From an uncultured Muribaculaceae bacterium (GTDB lineage: Bacteria > Bacteroidota > Bacteroidia > Bacteroidales > UBA932): a stretch of 64,000 nt of DNA. Positions 9,960-20,991 of the stretch are shown piece after piece; the first letter of the stretch is position 1; every line of letters begins with the position of its first letter. The notes under the pieces are model-generated. The model worked only from the letters and a program-made list of their open reading frames with translations. It was not told the origin of the DNA and did not search any database. The DNA is taken from assembly GCA_964607675.1 (NCBI GenBank), contig CAZSLC010000011.1:347-64346 (forward strand), in the 5' to 3' direction. A program made the position numbers and the translations under genes.

Positions 9960-9981
9960 CTAACATTTTAATAATAATACA

Positions 9982-10545
9982 ATGAAATACTATATTTTAT
10001 TTGGCCCTCCTGGAGCAGGAAAAGGTACACAAGCAAAATTGATTGTTGACAAATATCAATATCTTCACCTTTCAACTGGAGACCTTCTACGTGCGGAAAT
10101 CAAGAGTGGAAGTCCACTTGGAGAAAAAGTATCAGGCATAATGGCCAAGGGTGAATTAGTTCCAGATGCTTTAGTTGTTGATATTATCAAAAATAAAATT
10201 CAAAACAACCAAGATGCAAAAGGATTTCTTCTGGATGGATTTCCTCGCACAATCGCTCAAGCTGAAGCACTTGACTCAATGCTAAAGGCAATTGGGGCTG
10301 GTGTTGATGCTGTCATATCCATTCATCTTGAAGATTCGCTCATTTTCGACAGGATCCTTCACAGAGCTCAAATTGAAGGGAGAAAAGATGATACAGATAA
10401 AGCAACGATACAAAATCGTATAGATACATACCACGAAAAAACAGAACCACTTATCGGATACTATAAGAAGGGCAATAAATACTTCGAAGTTGAAGGCAAT
10501 GGAACAATAGATTCTGTATTTAACCAATTGTGCAAATTATTATAG
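9982..10545 (+). CDS. adk: Adenylate kinase
   Basis: P-loop FGPPGAGKGTQA, LSTGDLLRAE, LLDGFPRTIAQAEAL; short type without a zinc lid. Confidence 0.95.
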   Translation: MKYYILFGPPGAGKGTQAKLIVDKYQYLHLSTGDLLRAEIKSGSPLGEKVSGIMAKGELVPDALVVDIIKNKIQNNQDAKGFLLDGFPRTIAQAEALDSMLKAIGAGVDAVISIHLEDSLIFDRILHRAQIEGRKDDTDKATIQNRIDTYHEKTEPLIGYYKKGNKYFEVEGNGTIDSVFNQLCKLL

Positions 10546-11538
10546 ATGAGCAACTCGAACTTTATTGATTATGTTCGCCTCTTCTGCGCCTCAGGCAATG
10601 GAGGAAAGGGTTCTATGCACCTTAGAAGAGAAAAATATATCCCAAAAGGGGGACCTGATGGAGGAGATGGAGGGAGAGGTGGGCACATCATACTTCGAGG
10701 CAACTCTCAATACTGGACACTCATTCACCTCAAATACAGAAAGCATGTTAAGGCAGAACATGGGGGAGACGGCAGCGGCAGTCTATGTAAAGGGGCAAAT
10801 GGGAAAGATGTCATACTTGATGTACCACTGGGCACTGTAGCCAAAGATGCAGAGAGTGGAGAGGTGTTATTTGAAATAATAGAAGAAGGTGAGGAACGAA
10901 TCCTTGTAAAAGGGGGAAGAGGGGGACTCGGAAATGCAAATTTCAAGAGTCCAACTAACCAAACCCCTAGATATGCTCAGCCAGGGGAAGAAGGAATTGA
11001 AGGGTGGTTTATCCTTGAACTGAAATTGTTAGCAGATGTTGGATTGGTAGGCTTCCCCAATGCAGGAAAGTCGACACTCCTATCTGTTGTTTCTGCAGCA
11101 AAACCAAAAATTGCAGATTATGCATTCACTACCCTTGAACCCAATCTTGGCATTGTCAATTACTACGATGATAAGTCCTTCGTGATGGCAGATATCCCTG
11201 GTATCATTGAAGGTGCGCATGAGGGGAAAGGTCTTGGAATCAGGTTTTTAAAGCATATAGAGAGGAACTCTATGCTTTTATTTATCGTCCCTTCAGACTC
11301 AAAGGATATAAATCAGGAGTATAAGATACTTCTGAAGGAGTTAAAAGAGTACAATCCAGATCTTCTCGATAAAGATAAGGTTTTGGCCATATCCAAATCA
11401 GACATGCTTGATGAAGAGTTAAAAAAAGAGATAAAAAAACATCTTCCACGCAAAGTTGAAACAATTTTCTTCTCCTCAATGACTGGTGAGAACATTCAAC
11501 AGTTGAAAGATATACTTTGGAAAAAACTACACGAATAG
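10546..11538 (+). CDS. obg: GTPase Obg/CgtA
   Basis: Gly-rich Obg fold ([22 protein letters not shown]), G1 [10 protein letters not shown]3 DIPGIIEGA. The start codon abuts the adk stop (TAGATG). Confidence 0.95.
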   Translation: MSNSNFIDYVRLFCASGNGGKGSMHLRREKYIPKGGPDGGDGGRGGHIILRGNSQYWTLIHLKYRKHVKAEHGGDGSGSLCKGANGKDVILDVPLGTVAKDAESGEVLFEIIEEGEERILVKGGRGGLGNANFKSPTNQTPRYAQPGEEGIEGWFILELKLLADVGLVGFPNAGKSTLLSVVSAAKPKIADYAFTTLEPNLGIVNYYDDKSFVMADIPGIIEGAHEGKGLGIRFLKHIERNSMLLFIVPSDSKDINQEYKILLKELKEYNPDLLDKDKVLAISKSDMLDEELKKEIKKHLPRKVETIFFSSMTGENIQQLKDILWKKLHE

Positions 11539-12180
11539 ATGAATTTAATATTAGATCTCGATCGAGCTTTACTTATCGCCATAAATGGGTGGAATTCTCC
11601 ATTTCTTGATAAGTTAATGATTTTACTCTCTTCGATTCCTATTTGGATTCCACTATATGTTGCTATTGCCACATTTTTCTTTTTCCCTAAATACTATGGA
11701 AAAAAGAGTTTTATACACACCAACAACTATGATAATATTATCCCCTTCTGGGTAATAGGTCTGATGGGCATTGCAGCAATAGGAATCTGTTTCGGTCTAT
11801 GCGACCAAGTATCTGTGATAATAAAAAATAGTGTTGAAAGATTTCGTCCATCCCACGAATTGGACCTTTATGGAGTGGTAAGACTGATAAACCAACCTGG
11901 AAGTCTATACGGATTTGTCTCAAGTCATGCCGCCAATACTTTTGGTCTTGCCATTTTGTCATCTCTTATTGTCAAAAGAACTCCTTATACTATAGGTATT
12001 ATTTTGTGGGCTGCTATTGTAAGTTACAGTAGAGTCTATCTTGCAGCACATTATCCCCTCGATGTAATATGCGGAGCCGCCTTGGGTATAGTTATTGCAG
12101 TACTCATTTATCAGTTGTGGATAATGGCTATCCGCGAAATGTTTAATTATTTTCATAGAAAGAGATGTTCTGTTTCATAG
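11539..12180 (+). CDS. PAP2-family membrane phosphatase (undecaprenyl-diphosphate/phosphatidate phosphatase-like)
   Basis: PAP2 motifs ERFRPSHE, SSHAAN and SRVYLAAHYPLDV; multiple TM segments. The start abuts the obg stop. Confidence 0.8.
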   Translation: MNLILDLDRALLIAINGWNSPFLDKLMILLSSIPIWIPLYVAIATFFFFPKYYGKKSFIHTNNYDNIIPFWVIGLMGIAAIGICFGLCDQVSVIIKNSVERFRPSHELDLYGVVRLINQPGSLYGFVSSHAANTFGLAILSSLIVKRTPYTIGIILWAAIVSYSRVYLAAHYPLDVICGAALGIVIAVLIYQLWIMAIREMFNYFHRKRCSVS

Positions 12181-13163
12181 ATAATACAATTGACCCATAT
12201 TTTAATCTTGCGGCTGAAGAGTACCTATTGAAGCACTATACTGAGCCGATATTTAGACTTTGGAGAAACTCTCCAAGTGTTATAATAGGAAAACATCAAA
12301 ACGCTCTCGCAGAGATTAATAATGACTATATAAGGGAGCATAATATCCCTGTAGTTAGGAGATTGAGCGGTGGAGGAGCTGTTTACCATGATTTGGGCAA
12401 TATCAATTTTACATTTATTGACTCCAAACCTGAAGAGTCATCTTACGATATGTTTAAAAGATTTACCACCCCTATCATAAATGCCTTAAAGATTATAGGT
12501 ATCAATGCCGAGCTCAGTGGAAGAAACGATTTACTTATTGATGGTAAGAAATTTTCAGGTAATGCAATAGTCACCCATAAGGGAAGGGTCCTACAACACG
12601 GCACGCTTCTCTTTTCATCAACAAAAGACAATATAGTAGAAGCGTTGAAAGCCCACCCTGAAAAGCTAAAGAGCAAAGGTGTAACTTCTTATCTCTCAAG
12701 GATAACCAATGTTTCCGACCACCTTCCTGAGAGTGTCAAAGAGAATATGACACCTGAAAGTTTTATGGAATTTCTAAAAGGATACATCTTAAGCACCTCC
12801 TCTGATTATATTTTAAGAACATACTCCTCACAAGACCTCGAAGAGATAGAAAAACTAAAAAAAGAGAAATACTCCACTTATGAATGGAACTATTCACAAG
12901 TAGCAAACTATGACTTTACCAACAAACATAAATTCAAAGCTGGATTGATTGAGGTTAATCTCAATGTCAAACAGGGGTTAATAACGGGATGTAAGTTCTA
13001 CGGCGACTATTTTAATTTCAAACCCTCCGAAGAGATAGAAAACGCTATCATCGGGGTAAAGCATGAAATTAATTCCATTATAGGCGTTCTAAAAAGCTAC
13101 GACATGCAACAATATTTCGGAGATGGGATAACCGATCAAGATATAGCTTCATTAATGATATAA
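12165..13163 (+). CDS. lplA: Lipoate-protein ligase A
   Basis: PYFNLAAEEYLL, RRLSGGGAVYHDLGNINF, KKFSGNA; 332 aa. Overlaps the PAP2 gene 3' end by 16 nt. Confidence 0.85.
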   Translation: MFCFIDNTIDPYFNLAAEEYLLKHYTEPIFRLWRNSPSVIIGKHQNALAEINNDYIREHNIPVVRRLSGGGAVYHDLGNINFTFIDSKPEESSYDMFKRFTTPIINALKIIGINAELSGRNDLLIDGKKFSGNAIVTHKGRVLQHGTLLFSSTKDNIVEALKAHPEKLKSKGVTSYLSRITNVSDHLPESVKENMTPESFMEFLKGYILSTSSDYILRTYSSQDLEEIEKLKKEKYSTYEWNYSQVANYDFTNKHKFKAGLIEVNLNVKQGLITGCKFYGDYFNFKPSEEIENAIIGVKHEINSIIGVLKSYDMQQYFGDGITDQDIASLMI

Positions 13164-13195
13164 AAAAGATTCGGGTTACTTCCCGAATCTTTTTT
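13162..13195. terminator. Bidirectional intrinsic terminator between convergent lplA and hpf
   Basis: AAAAAAGATTCGGG (13162-13175) / loop TTACTT / CCCGAATCTTTTTT (13182-13195): a perfect 14-bp stem flanked by A and T runs. It overlaps the hpf stop region. Confidence 0.6.
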
Positions 13196-13475
13196 CTTTG
13201 ACTTTTACCAACTGATCCTTTAAGACATCCGCACAATCATTTACACAATCCTCAAAAGTAGAAGAGCTTTTTTCCACTACTAAATCATCTCCTGGTATAG
13301 CTAAGATAACTTTTACATTTTTGTTGTTGTTTTTGCTATCAGGTTCTACAGAAAGCACAACTTCAGCTTTGATAATGTTATCGAAGAATTTGGTCAATTT
13401 GCCAATTTTCTTGTCAATAAAATCTAAAAGCTTTTGATCAGCATTAAACTTAATCGATTGAACTCTTATTTCCAT
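13176..13475 (-). CDS. hpf: Ribosome hibernation promoting factor (HPF/RaiA family)
   Basis: [27 protein letters not shown]..; 99 aa short HPF. Conserved position next to the recombinase and rpsU. Confidence 0.85.
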   Translation of the reverse strand: MEIRVQSIKFNADQKLLDFIDKKIGKLTKFFDNIIKAEVVLSVEPDSKNNNKNVKVILAIPGDDLVVEKSSSTFEDCVNDCADVLKDQLVKVKEKRFGK

Positions 13476-14412
13476 TTTTACCTCCTGTTTTAGCTCTTGG
13501 ATGAGCGGTTAAATATACTTTTTTTAGTTGTTCGAAAGAGTTATGGGTATAAACTTGTGTCGCAGCGAGCGATGAGTGTCCTAATATCTCCTTAATACTA
13601 CTAAGGTCAGCCCCATTATTTAAAAGGTGTGTGGCAAGTGTGTGTCTCAACACGTGCGGTGACTTCTTACCTGAAAAACCATCAAAAGAACTAAGCTCCT
13701 CTCTCACTACATTATTAACAAAGCGTGGATACATTTTTTTACCATTGTCCATTAAGAAAAAGTATCCTTCATAATTGTCCTTAAACTCTTCCTTATTTCT
13801 TTTCAAATATAATAAAATATCTTCACAAACAGAAATGGGAACAGGTATTTCTCTTAATTTATCACCTTTTCCTACAATTCTAAAAATATTTCTTGACTTG
13901 TCGAAATCTGAAATTTTTAAATTTATCAACTCTCCCCGCCTCATCCCTGTTGAGTAAAGTATAGTGATAATCATTTTATTGCGGTGGAAATGATAAGGTT
14001 GGCTCTCCATATCAATGTTATCCTCCGCATGAAAATACTCCATTATGGAACTCTGCGAATAGAACGAAGGGAGTCTGTGAGATTCTTTAGGTCTATATAT
14101 CTTTTTTACTGGATTGGATGCAAGTATAGATTGTTTCACTAAAAAATTTGAAAAACTACTTATGGCAGATAGTTTTAGGTTAATCGTCCTTGGGGAGATC
14201 CCTTTATCGAGAGCTTGGGCAATAAATCCTCTTATATTTGAAGGGATAAGCAAATCGACTAATTCTTCTTGATTGTAATTATACAAATCCTCTTCTTTCG
14301 AGTGAGGCAAGAAATAGAGATAAAAATCGCATATTGCCTCTTTATAAAGTTGATATGTGCGTTCGGAATATCTTTTCTGAACTCTTAAATATGTGAGAAA
14401 TTGATTAATCAA
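13450..14412 (-). CDS. Tyrosine recombinase, XerC/XerD-like
   Basis: TTG start ([16 protein letters not shown]). N-terminal SAM-like domain. Catalytic motifs [37 protein letters not shown]. Housekeeping synteny with rpsU and hpf. Confidence 0.85.
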   Translation of the reverse strand: MINQFLTYLRVQKRYSERTYQLYKEAICDFYLYFLPHSKEEDLYNYNQEELVDLLIPSNIRGFIAQALDKGISPRTINLKLSAISSFSNFLVKQSILASNPVKKIYRPKESHRLPSFYSQSSIMEYFHAEDNIDMESQPYHFHRNKMIITILYSTGMRRGELINLKISDFDKSRNIFRIVGKGDKLREIPVPISVCEDILLYLKRNKEEFKDNYEGYFFLMDNGKKMYPRFVNNVVREELSSFDGFSGKKSPHVLRHTLATHLLNNGADLSSIKEILGHSSLAATQVYTHNSFEQLKKVYLTAHPRAKTGGKNGNKSSID

Positions 14413-14431
14413 AACTAATATCTTACTATTG

Positions 14432-14439
14432 CAAATTTA
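14432..14439 (-). promoter_or_regulatory. -7 promoter box (TAAATTTG) for the recombinase-hpf unit
   Basis: Exact TAnnTTTG on the minus strand, 19 nt upstream of start 14412. Confidence 0.45.
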
Positions 14440-14450
14440 CAAAAAATATT

Positions 14451-14458
14451 TACCTTTG
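14451..14458 (+). promoter_or_regulatory. -7 promoter box (TACCTTTG) for rpsU
   Basis: Exact TAnnTTTG, 31 nt upstream of ATG 14490. Confidence 0.5.
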
Positions 14459-14472
14459 CGCCTCAAGAATAA

Positions 14473-14483
14473 AAGGAGGTGAT
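14473..14483 (+). promoter_or_regulatory. Strong Shine-Dalgarno element of rpsU (AAGGAGGTGAT)
   Basis: An 11-nt match to the canonical anti-SD complement, 6 nt before ATG 14490. No other start I inspected in this window has a comparable element. Confidence 0.7.
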
Positions 14484-14489
14484 AAAAAT

Positions 14490-14681
14490 ATGATTATTGT
14501 ACCAGTAAAAGAGGGTGAAAACATTGAAAAAGCTCTTAAAAAATTCAAACGTAAATTCGAAAAAACTGGCATAGTTCGCGAACTACGTGATAGAAAGACA
14601 TTTGAAAAACCTTCCATCAGAAAAAGAGATCAGCTTAAAAAAGCTATCTATGTACAACATCTCCAAATTATGGATGAATAA
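14490..14681 (+). CDS. rpsU: 30S ribosomal protein S21 (bS21)
   Basis: [46 protein letters not shown]..; 63 aa. Confidence 0.95.
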   Translation: MIIVPVKEGENIEKALKKFKRKFEKTGIVRELRDRKTFEKPSIRKRDQLKKAIYVQHLQIMDE

Positions 14682-14701
14682 TTGAGTTTCTCAATATATA
14701 G

Positions 14702-14733
14702 ACCTGCCAACAAATAAATTGGCAGGTTTTTTA
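14702..14733 (+). terminator. Intrinsic terminator after rpsU
   Basis: ACCTGCCAA (14702-14710) / 8-nt loop / TTGGCAGGT (14719-14727), followed by TTTTTTATTTT. Confidence 0.7.
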
Positions 14734-14749
14734 TTTTAAAGAATTACGC

Positions 14750-14757
14750 TAAATTTG
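14750..14757 (+). promoter_or_regulatory. -7 promoter box (TAAATTTG) for hutU
   Basis: Exact TAnnTTTG, 20 nt upstream of ATG 14778. Confidence 0.5.
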
Positions 14758-14777
14758 TAAGATTAAATTCATTAAAA

Positions 14778-16766
14778 ATGACCGACTTTCAAAAATCAAT
14801 AATTGAAGGGATACCTGACACCCTTCCATCTTTAAAAGAATACGATAAAAGTATTAATCACGCCCCTAAAAGAAAGGATATTCTCTCTCCAGAAGAGAAA
14901 AAACTCGCTTTGAAAAACGCTTTGAGGTATTTTCCACCTAAGCATCACGCTACCCTAATCCCAGAATTCAAAAAAGAATTGGAGGAACATGGTCGTATTT
15001 ATATGTACAGACTTCGCCCTGATTACAAAATAACGGCAAGATCAATTGATGAATTTCCTGCTAAATGCAAACAAGCGGCAGCTATAATGCTCATGATCTC
15101 CAACAATTTGGACCATGCTGTAGCCCAACATCCCGACGAACTCATCATCTATGGTGGCAACGGAGCTATTTTTCAAAATTGGGCACAATACCGACTCACT
15201 ATGCAGTATCTTTCCCAAATGACAGAGGAACAGACATTGGTGCTATATTCTGGCCACCCAATGGGACTTTTCCCCTCTCACAAGGATGCCCCAAGGGTGG
15301 TGGTTACCAATGGAATGGTGATTCCCAATTATTCAAGCAAAGACCATTGGGAGAAATTTAATGCCCTCGGAGTTTCACAATATGGGCAGATGACTGCTGG
15401 GTCATTTATGTATATAGGGCCACAAGGCATTGTCCACGGCACTACTATTACTGTCCTAAATGCCGCAAGGATGCACTCTGCCCCTGGAGATGAGAAGAGT
15501 GGTAAAATATTTGTTAGTTCTGGCCTCGGAGGTATGTCTGGAGCACAACCTAAGGCAGCCGTCATTGCTGGGGTAGTTGGTATTATTGCAGAGATCAATC
15601 CTAAGGCGGTGCACACCAGATATTCACAGGGTTGGGTAGATGAAGTATTTGAAGATGTTGACCTCCTCATCGATCGTGCATTAGTAGCAAAAGGCAACAA
15701 TGAAAGTGTATCTCTTGCATACCAAGGTAATATTGTCGATCTGTGGGAAAGGCTTGCAGAGAGGGAGGTAAAAATAGATTTGGGTTCTGATCAAACATCT
15801 CTTCACAATCCTTGGGCTGGTGGCTACTACCCTGTAGGACAAAGTTTTGATGAATCCAACAGAATGATGGCAGAAGAACCTGACAAATTTAAGGAGATGG
15901 TTCAAACTTCGCTTCGCAGACAAGTTGATGCAATCAATAAGCTCACTGCCAAAGGGATGTATTTCTTCGATTATGGCAACGCATTTTTACTTGAGGCATC
16001 AAGGGCTGGTGCAGATATCATGAAAGATGGTACCAGATTTAGATATCCATCTTATGTACAAGATATTATGGGACCTCTCTTCTTCGATTACGGATTTGGT
16101 CCATACAGATGGGTATGCACCTCTTCAGACCCCAAAGATCTTGCAAAAACCGATCAAATTGCGGCACAAGTCCTCGAAGAGATTTTAAAAGTGGCACCTA
16201 AGGAGATATCATCTCAATTGGCTGACAATATTCATTGGATCAAAGAGGCAGGAAAGAATAAACTTGTTGTTGGCTCCCAAGCCCGTATCCTTTATGCTGA
16301 TGCAGAGGGAAGGACAAAGATTGCCCTTGCAATGAATGAAGCCATTCGTAAAGGAGAAATCACAGCCCCTATAGTTCTTGGCAGGGATCACCATGATGTT
16401 TCTGGCACCGACTCACCATATAGAGAAACCTCAAACATATATGACGGCTCATCATTTACGGCAGATATGGCAGTACAAAATGTCATTGGAGACTCATTCC
16501 GTGGGGCTACATGGGTATCCATTCACAATGGCGGTGGTGTAGGTTGGGGAGAAGTAATCAATGGCGGATTCGGAATGGTCATTGACGGGAGCAAGGAGGC
16601 TGACAGAAGAATAAAATGCATGCTTCATTGGGATGTAAACAACGGTATAGCCCGTAGAAGTTGGGCTCGCAACGAAGGTGCTATCTTCGCAATAAAGAGA
16701 GAGATGGAGCGTACTCCAAATTTAAAAGTGACTATCCCTAATTTTGTTGACGACAATCTCCTATAG
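14778..16766 (+). CDS. hutU: Urocanate hydratase (long Bacteroidota-type)
   Basis: Urocanase signatures along the full length (YGGNGAIFQNW, GSFMYIGPQGIVHGT, GLGGMSGAQPKA, GRDHHDVSGTDSPYRETSN); 662 aa. Confidence 0.92.
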   Translation: MTDFQKSIIEGIPDTLPSLKEYDKSINHAPKRKDILSPEEKKLALKNALRYFPPKHHATLIPEFKKELEEHGRIYMYRLRPDYKITARSIDEFPAKCKQAAAIMLMISNNLDHAVAQHPDELIIYGGNGAIFQNWAQYRLTMQYLSQMTEEQTLVLYSGHPMGLFPSHKDAPRVVVTNGMVIPNYSSKDHWEKFNALGVSQYGQMTAGSFMYIGPQGIVHGTTITVLNAARMHSAPGDEKSGKIFVSSGLGGMSGAQPKAAVIAGVVGIIAEINPKAVHTRYSQGWVDEVFEDVDLLIDRALVAKGNNESVSLAYQGNIVDLWERLAEREVKIDLGSDQTSLHNPWAGGYYPVGQSFDESNRMMAEEPDKFKEMVQTSLRRQVDAINKLTAKGMYFFDYGNAFLLEASRAGADIMKDGTRFRYPSYVQDIMGPLFFDYGFGPYRWVCTSSDPKDLAKTDQIAAQVLEEILKVAPKEISSQLADNIHWIKEAGKNKLVVGSQARILYADAEGRTKIALAMNEAIRKGEITAPIVLGRDHHDVSGTDSPYRETSNIYDGSSFTADMAVQNVIGDSFRGATWVSIHNGGGVGWGEVINGGFGMVIDGSKEADRRIKCMLHWDVNNGIARRSWARNEGAIFAIKREMERTPNLKVTIPNFVDDNLL

Positions 16767-16813
16767 ATTCTAACAAAATCGCTAATCTCATAGTTAGTTG
16801 GACAAATAATGAC

Positions 16814-16821
16814 TATCTTTG
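16814..16821 (+). promoter_or_regulatory. -7 promoter box (TATCTTTG) for mutA-mutB
   Basis: Exact TAnnTTTG, 40 nt upstream of ATG 16862. Confidence 0.45.
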
Positions 16822-16861
16822 CGGCGCTTTTATAAAACACATATATCTAAAAATCATAAAT

Positions 16862-18754
16862 ATGGCAGAAAAATTATTTACTGAATTCCCACCAGTTTCA
16901 AAAGAGGCGTGGGAAGAGGTAATCGTTAAGGACCTTAAAGGTGCTGATTACGAGAAAAAACTCGTATGGAGGACTCACGAAGGCTTCTCAGTACGCCCAT
17001 ACTATCGTGCTGAAGACCTATCTAACCTTCACTTTCTAAATGTTAACCCTGGTTGTTTTCCATTCGTCAGAGGTACAAAATCAGACAATAATTGGAATAT
17101 TCACCACTCTATCTGCTGCTGCGACGGCAATGCTGCTAAAGCCAATAAAATAGCTTTGGACGCCATCAGCAAAGGAGTTACATCTGTTGGTTTTTACATT
17201 GACGGATGCAAAGGATTAGGTGAAAAGGATATTGAAACTCTATTAAAAGGTATAGCTATTGATAAGACCCCTGTCTATTTTTGTGGCTGCTGTCTGACAA
17301 ATCTCAATACTTTAAAGAGTTTTATAAAATATGCAGACAAATCTGGAGCAGATAAAGACGAAGTTCGTACAGCATTTGATTTTAATCCCCTTGGTGCCCT
17401 CACTTCAAAAGGATATTTCTGTGATGAAGAATCATTCAAACATCTTAAAGAGTGTTTTGACATAGCCAAAGATTATAAAAACATCAAACTTATCTGTGTT
17501 GATGCCATTGCATTCAACAATGCAGGCGCATCTTTGACTCAAGAACTTGCTTTTGCTCTTGCTCAAGGAAGTGAATATATCTCTCAATTGTCTGAGCTTG
17601 GCGTTGAAATTGGCGTTATTGCAAAGAGAATCAAATTTTCATTCGCAGTGGGGAGCAACTACTTTATGGAAATTGCCAAATTCCGCGCTGCACGTATGTT
17701 GTGGGCCAATATTGTTGAGACCTATGGCACAGAAAGAAATTGTGCAAAAAAAATGGATATCCACGCTACAACAAGCGAATGGAACCAAACTGTCTATGAT
17801 GCATATGTAAATATGCTTCGCGCTACAACAGAGGCTATGAGTGCCGCCATTGCAGGGGTCAATTCTCTCGAAGTACTCCCTTACGACTTTGCATTCCACA
17901 CACCTACTGAATTTTCAAATCGTATAGCACGCAATGTCCAATTGGTTTTGAAAGAGGAAGCTCATTTCAATAAAGTAGTTGACCCTGCTGCAGGATCTTA
18001 CTATGTTGAGAATCTCACCAATTCTATTGCCGAGTCTGCTTGGACACTTTTCCGCACTGTTGAAGAGTGTGGTGGCTACATTGCTAAATTTAAAGAAGGA
18101 TTTGTTCAATCTCAAATCAAGGCAGTTTCTCAAAAGAAAGATTCTAATATCGCTACCAGAAGAGAGACCCTTCTTGGAACAAATCAATTCCCCAATTTCC
18201 TTGAGAAAGCAGATGATTGCATCACTAAAGAGATTGTATCAAGAGATATTCCTACCCTTATGGGAATGGTTCTCCCTACAGATAATCACGCAAAGATCGC
18301 CGAACCTCTCGAATCATATCGTGGTGCCGAGGCATTCGAAGCTCTTCGTTTGGCTACCGATAGAAGCAATATTGATCCTAAAGCATTTATGTTGACATTT
18401 GGCAACTTGGCTATGTGCCGTGCGAGGGCTCAATTCTCATCTAACTTCTTTGCTGTGGCTGGGATAAAAGTTATTGATAACAACCGCTTCGACACCATTG
18501 AAGATGGCGTTAAGGCTGCTCTTGAGGCAAAAGCACAAATAGTTGTTGCTTGCTCATCTGATGATGAATATGCTGAGGCTGTCCCTGAAATTGCTAAACT
18601 CCTTGGAGATAAAGCAATAGTTGTTGTTGCAGGTGCTCCTGCTTGTCAAGCTGAGCTTGAAGAAAAAGGTATTAAAAACTTCATTAGCGTTAAGAGTAAT
18701 GTCCTTGAGACCCTCAAAGGTTATCAAAGAGAGCTCGGAATTAAAGCTATTTAA
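16862..18754 (+). CDS. mutA: Methylmalonyl-CoA mutase small (beta) subunit
   Basis: Mutase fold similar to the downstream large subunit ([15 protein letters not shown]) but without the B12-binding DxHxxG signature. Sits directly upstream of mutB. Confidence 0.85.
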   Translation: MAEKLFTEFPPVSKEAWEEVIVKDLKGADYEKKLVWRTHEGFSVRPYYRAEDLSNLHFLNVNPGCFPFVRGTKSDNNWNIHHSICCCDGNAAKANKIALDAISKGVTSVGFYIDGCKGLGEKDIETLLKGIAIDKTPVYFCGCCLTNLNTLKSFIKYADKSGADKDEVRTAFDFNPLGALTSKGYFCDEESFKHLKECFDIAKDYKNIKLICVDAIAFNNAGASLTQELAFALAQGSEYISQLSELGVEIGVIAKRIKFSFAVGSNYFMEIAKFRAARMLWANIVETYGTERNCAKKMDIHATTSEWNQTVYDAYVNMLRATTEAMSAAIAGVNSLEVLPYDFAFHTPTEFSNRIARNVQLVLKEEAHFNKVVDPAAGSYYVENLTNSIAESAWTLFRTVEECGGYIAKFKEGFVQSQIKAVSQKKDSNIATRRETLLGTNQFPNFLEKADDCITKEIVSRDIPTLMGMVLPTDNHAKIAEPLESYRGAEAFEALRLATDRSNIDPKAFMLTFGNLAMCRARAQFSSNFFAVAGIKVIDNNRFDTIEDGVKAALEAKAQIVVACSSDDEYAEAVPEIAKLLGDKAIVVVAGAPACQAELEEKGIKNFISVKSNVLETLKGYQRELGIKAI

Positions 18755-18780
18755 TTATTCACTTGAAAAAAAGATTAGAT

Positions 18781-20907
18781 ATGCGTCCTAATTTTAAAGA
18801 CATAAAATATAGTGGAGCTGCTGCTACATGTACACAGGCTCCTAAACAAGATAATTGGTTAACTCCCGAGCAAATTGAAGTAAAAGGCATTTATACTCAG
18901 GAAGATCTCAAAGGGATGGAACACCTAAACTATGCTGCTGGTGTTGCTCCATTTTTACGTGGTCCTTATAGCACAATGTATGTTCAAAGACCATGGACTA
19001 TTCGTCAATATGCAGGTTTCTCAACTGCTGAAGAGTCCAATGCATTTTACCGCAGAAACCTTGCTGCTGGTCAAAAAGGACTTTCTGTAGCATTTGACCT
19101 TGCAACACACCGTGGATACGACGCTGACCATCCTCGCGTAGTTGGTGATGTTGGAAAGGCAGGGGTCTCTATATGCAGTGTTGAAGATATGAAAGTATTG
19201 TTCGACCAGATACCTCTAAACAAAATGTCTGTCTCTATGACAATGAATGGTGCAGTTCTCCCTATACTTGCATTCTACATCGTTGCAGGTCTTGAACAAG
19301 GTGCCAAACTTGAAGAGATGGCTGGAACCATTCAAAATGATATTCTAAAGGAGTTCATGGTTCGTAATACTTATATCTACCCACCTGAATTCTCCATGAA
19401 AATTATTGGTGATATTTTCGAATTTACCTCTAAATATATGCCTAAATTCAACTCTATCTCTATTTCTGGTTATCACATGCAAGAAGCTGGTGCAACCAAT
19501 GATATAGAGATGGCTTACACACTTGCCGATGGTTTGGAATATCTTCGTACTGGTGTTAAGGCTGGTATTGATGTGGATGCTTTCGCACCTCGTCTTTCAT
19601 TCTTCTGGGCTATCGGTATGAATCACTTCATGGAGATTGCGAAGATGCGTGCTGCACGTATGTTGTGGGCTAAACTCGTTAAGCAATTTAACCCTAAGAA
19701 TCCTAAGTCTCTCTCTTTGAGAACTCACTGTCAAACCTCTGGTTGGTCATTGACTGAACAGGATCCATTTAACAACGTAGCAAGAACTTGTATTGAAGCT
19801 ATGGGTGCAGCTCTTGGTCACACTCAATCACTTCACACCAATGCACTTGACGAAGCAATTGCCCTTCCAACAGATTTCTCTGCACGTATTGCACGTAATA
19901 CACAGATTTATATCCAAGAAGAGACTAATGTATGCCGTTCTATTGACCCATGGGCAGGCTCTTACTACATTGAAAGCTTAACTAAGGATATCGCTGAAAA
20001 AGCTTGGAAACATATTCAAGAAGTTGAAGAGCTTGGTGGTATGGCTAAGGCTATTGAAACAGGCATTCCTAAGCTTCGTATCGAAGAGGCTGCTGCTCGT
20101 AAACAAGCTCGTATCGACTCTTACAATGATAAGATCATCGGACTTAACGAATACAGACTTGACAAGGAAGATCCTATTGAAATTCTTGATGTTGACAACA
20201 CTAAAGTACGCGAATCTCAAGTTAAGAGACTTCAAGAACTTCGTGCTAAACGTGACAATAATAAAGTTAAAGAGTGTTTGGCAGCTATTACAAAAGCCGT
20301 TGAAACTAAAAAAGGCAATCTCCTCGAATTGGCAGTTGAAGCTGCTAAGAATCGTGCCACCCTTGGCGAAATTTCAGATGCTTGCGAAGTAGTTGTTGGA
20401 AGATATAAAGCAGTAATACGTATGAATACAGGTGTTTACTCTTCTGAAGTTAAGAATGACAATAACTTCGAAAAAGCTAAAAAGATGGTTGCAGACTTCG
20501 CAAAGAAAGAGGGTCGTCAACCTCGTATCATGATTGCCAAACTTGGTCAAGATGGTCACGACCGTGGAGCTAAAGTGGTAGCAACAGGTTATGCAGACTG
20601 CGGTTTTGACGTGGATATGGGACCTTTGTTCCAAACCCCTGCTGAAGCTGCTAAACAGGCTGTTGAAAATGACGTTCACGTAGTAGGTGTATCTTCACTT
20701 GCAGCAGGTCACAAAACCCTTGTTCCACAAATTGTAAATGAGCTTAAAAAGCTTGGTAGAGAGGATATTTTAGTAATTGTGGGTGGTGTTATCCCAGCAC
20801 AAGACTACGATGCTCTTTACAAAGCTGGTGCAGCTGCAATTTTTGGCCCTGGGACACAAGTGTCTGTTGCCGCAATCAAGATTATTGAGCTTTTAAATAT
20901 GAGATAA
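18781..20907 (+). CDS. mutB: Methylmalonyl-CoA mutase large (alpha) subunit, B12-dependent
   Basis: [33 protein letters not shown], cobalamin-binding [14 protein letters not shown] prefer ATG 18781 (MRPNFKDI..) to the upstream TTG at 18763. Confidence 0.93.
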   Translation: MRPNFKDIKYSGAAATCTQAPKQDNWLTPEQIEVKGIYTQEDLKGMEHLNYAAGVAPFLRGPYSTMYVQRPWTIRQYAGFSTAEESNAFYRRNLAAGQKGLSVAFDLATHRGYDADHPRVVGDVGKAGVSICSVEDMKVLFDQIPLNKMSVSMTMNGAVLPILAFYIVAGLEQGAKLEEMAGTIQNDILKEFMVRNTYIYPPEFSMKIIGDIFEFTSKYMPKFNSISISGYHMQEAGATNDIEMAYTLADGLEYLRTGVKAGIDVDAFAPRLSFFWAIGMNHFMEIAKMRAARMLWAKLVKQFNPKNPKSLSLRTHCQTSGWSLTEQDPFNNVARTCIEAMGAALGHTQSLHTNALDEAIALPTDFSARIARNTQIYIQEETNVCRSIDPWAGSYYIESLTKDIAEKAWKHIQEVEELGGMAKAIETGIPKLRIEEAAARKQARIDSYNDKIIGLNEYRLDKEDPIEILDVDNTKVRESQVKRLQELRAKRDNNKVKECLAAITKAVETKKGNLLELAVEAAKNRATLGEISDACEVVVGRYKAVIRMNTGVYSSEVKNDNNFEKAKKMVADFAKKEGRQPRIMIAKLGQDGHDRGAKVVATGYADCGFDVDMGPLFQTPAEAAKQAVENDVHVVGVSSLAAGHKTLVPQIVNELKKLGREDILVIVGGVIPAQDYDALYKAGAAAIFGPGTQVSVAAIKIIELLNMR

Positions 20908-20937
20908 CACTCTATTTAAAGACAATTAGTTCTAAAT

Positions 20938-20976
20938 AAATCACGGGTGAGACTGCTGTTTCACCCGTGATTTTTA
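20938..20976. terminator. Bidirectional intrinsic terminator between convergent mutB and the lipoprotein operon
   Basis: TCACGGGTGA (20941-20950) / 10-nt loop / TCACCCGTGA (20961-20970): a perfect stem flanked by AAA and TTTTT. Confidence 0.8.
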
Positions 20977-20991
20977 TTATGTAAAATGATT

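Noticed and set aside
13450-14412. Tyrosine recombinase as a marker of an integrated mobile element
   Set aside because: It is flanked by rpsU and hpf in the conserved housekeeping arrangement. There are no att-like repeats, tRNA, excisionase or cargo genes, so it is most likely the chromosomal Xer-type recombinase.
14778-16766. hutU standing alone without hutH/hutI/hutG neighbours, as a possible odd metabolic island
   Set aside because: Its composition and promoter look native, and the other hut genes may simply be elsewhere in the genome. Nothing in the sequence itself is unusual.
18763-18780. Upstream alternative TTG or other in-frame extensions reported by the ORF track (also 26692-26751, 28951-28959, 31374-31391, 48469-48486, 51089-51112, 56301-56384, 60041-60112, 60066-60125)
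   Set aside because: In each case a downstream ATG gives a canonical N-terminus (signal peptide, lipobox or a conserved family start) and avoids overlap with the neighbouring gene or promoter box.
20957-20972. TGTTTCAC, which resembles a parS half-site (TGTTNCACGTGAAACA)
   Set aside because: The second half (CCGTGATT) does not complete the palindrome. The sequence is the descending arm of the mutB terminator hairpin. I saw no full parS-like palindrome near parAB by eye, but I could not do a proper pattern search.
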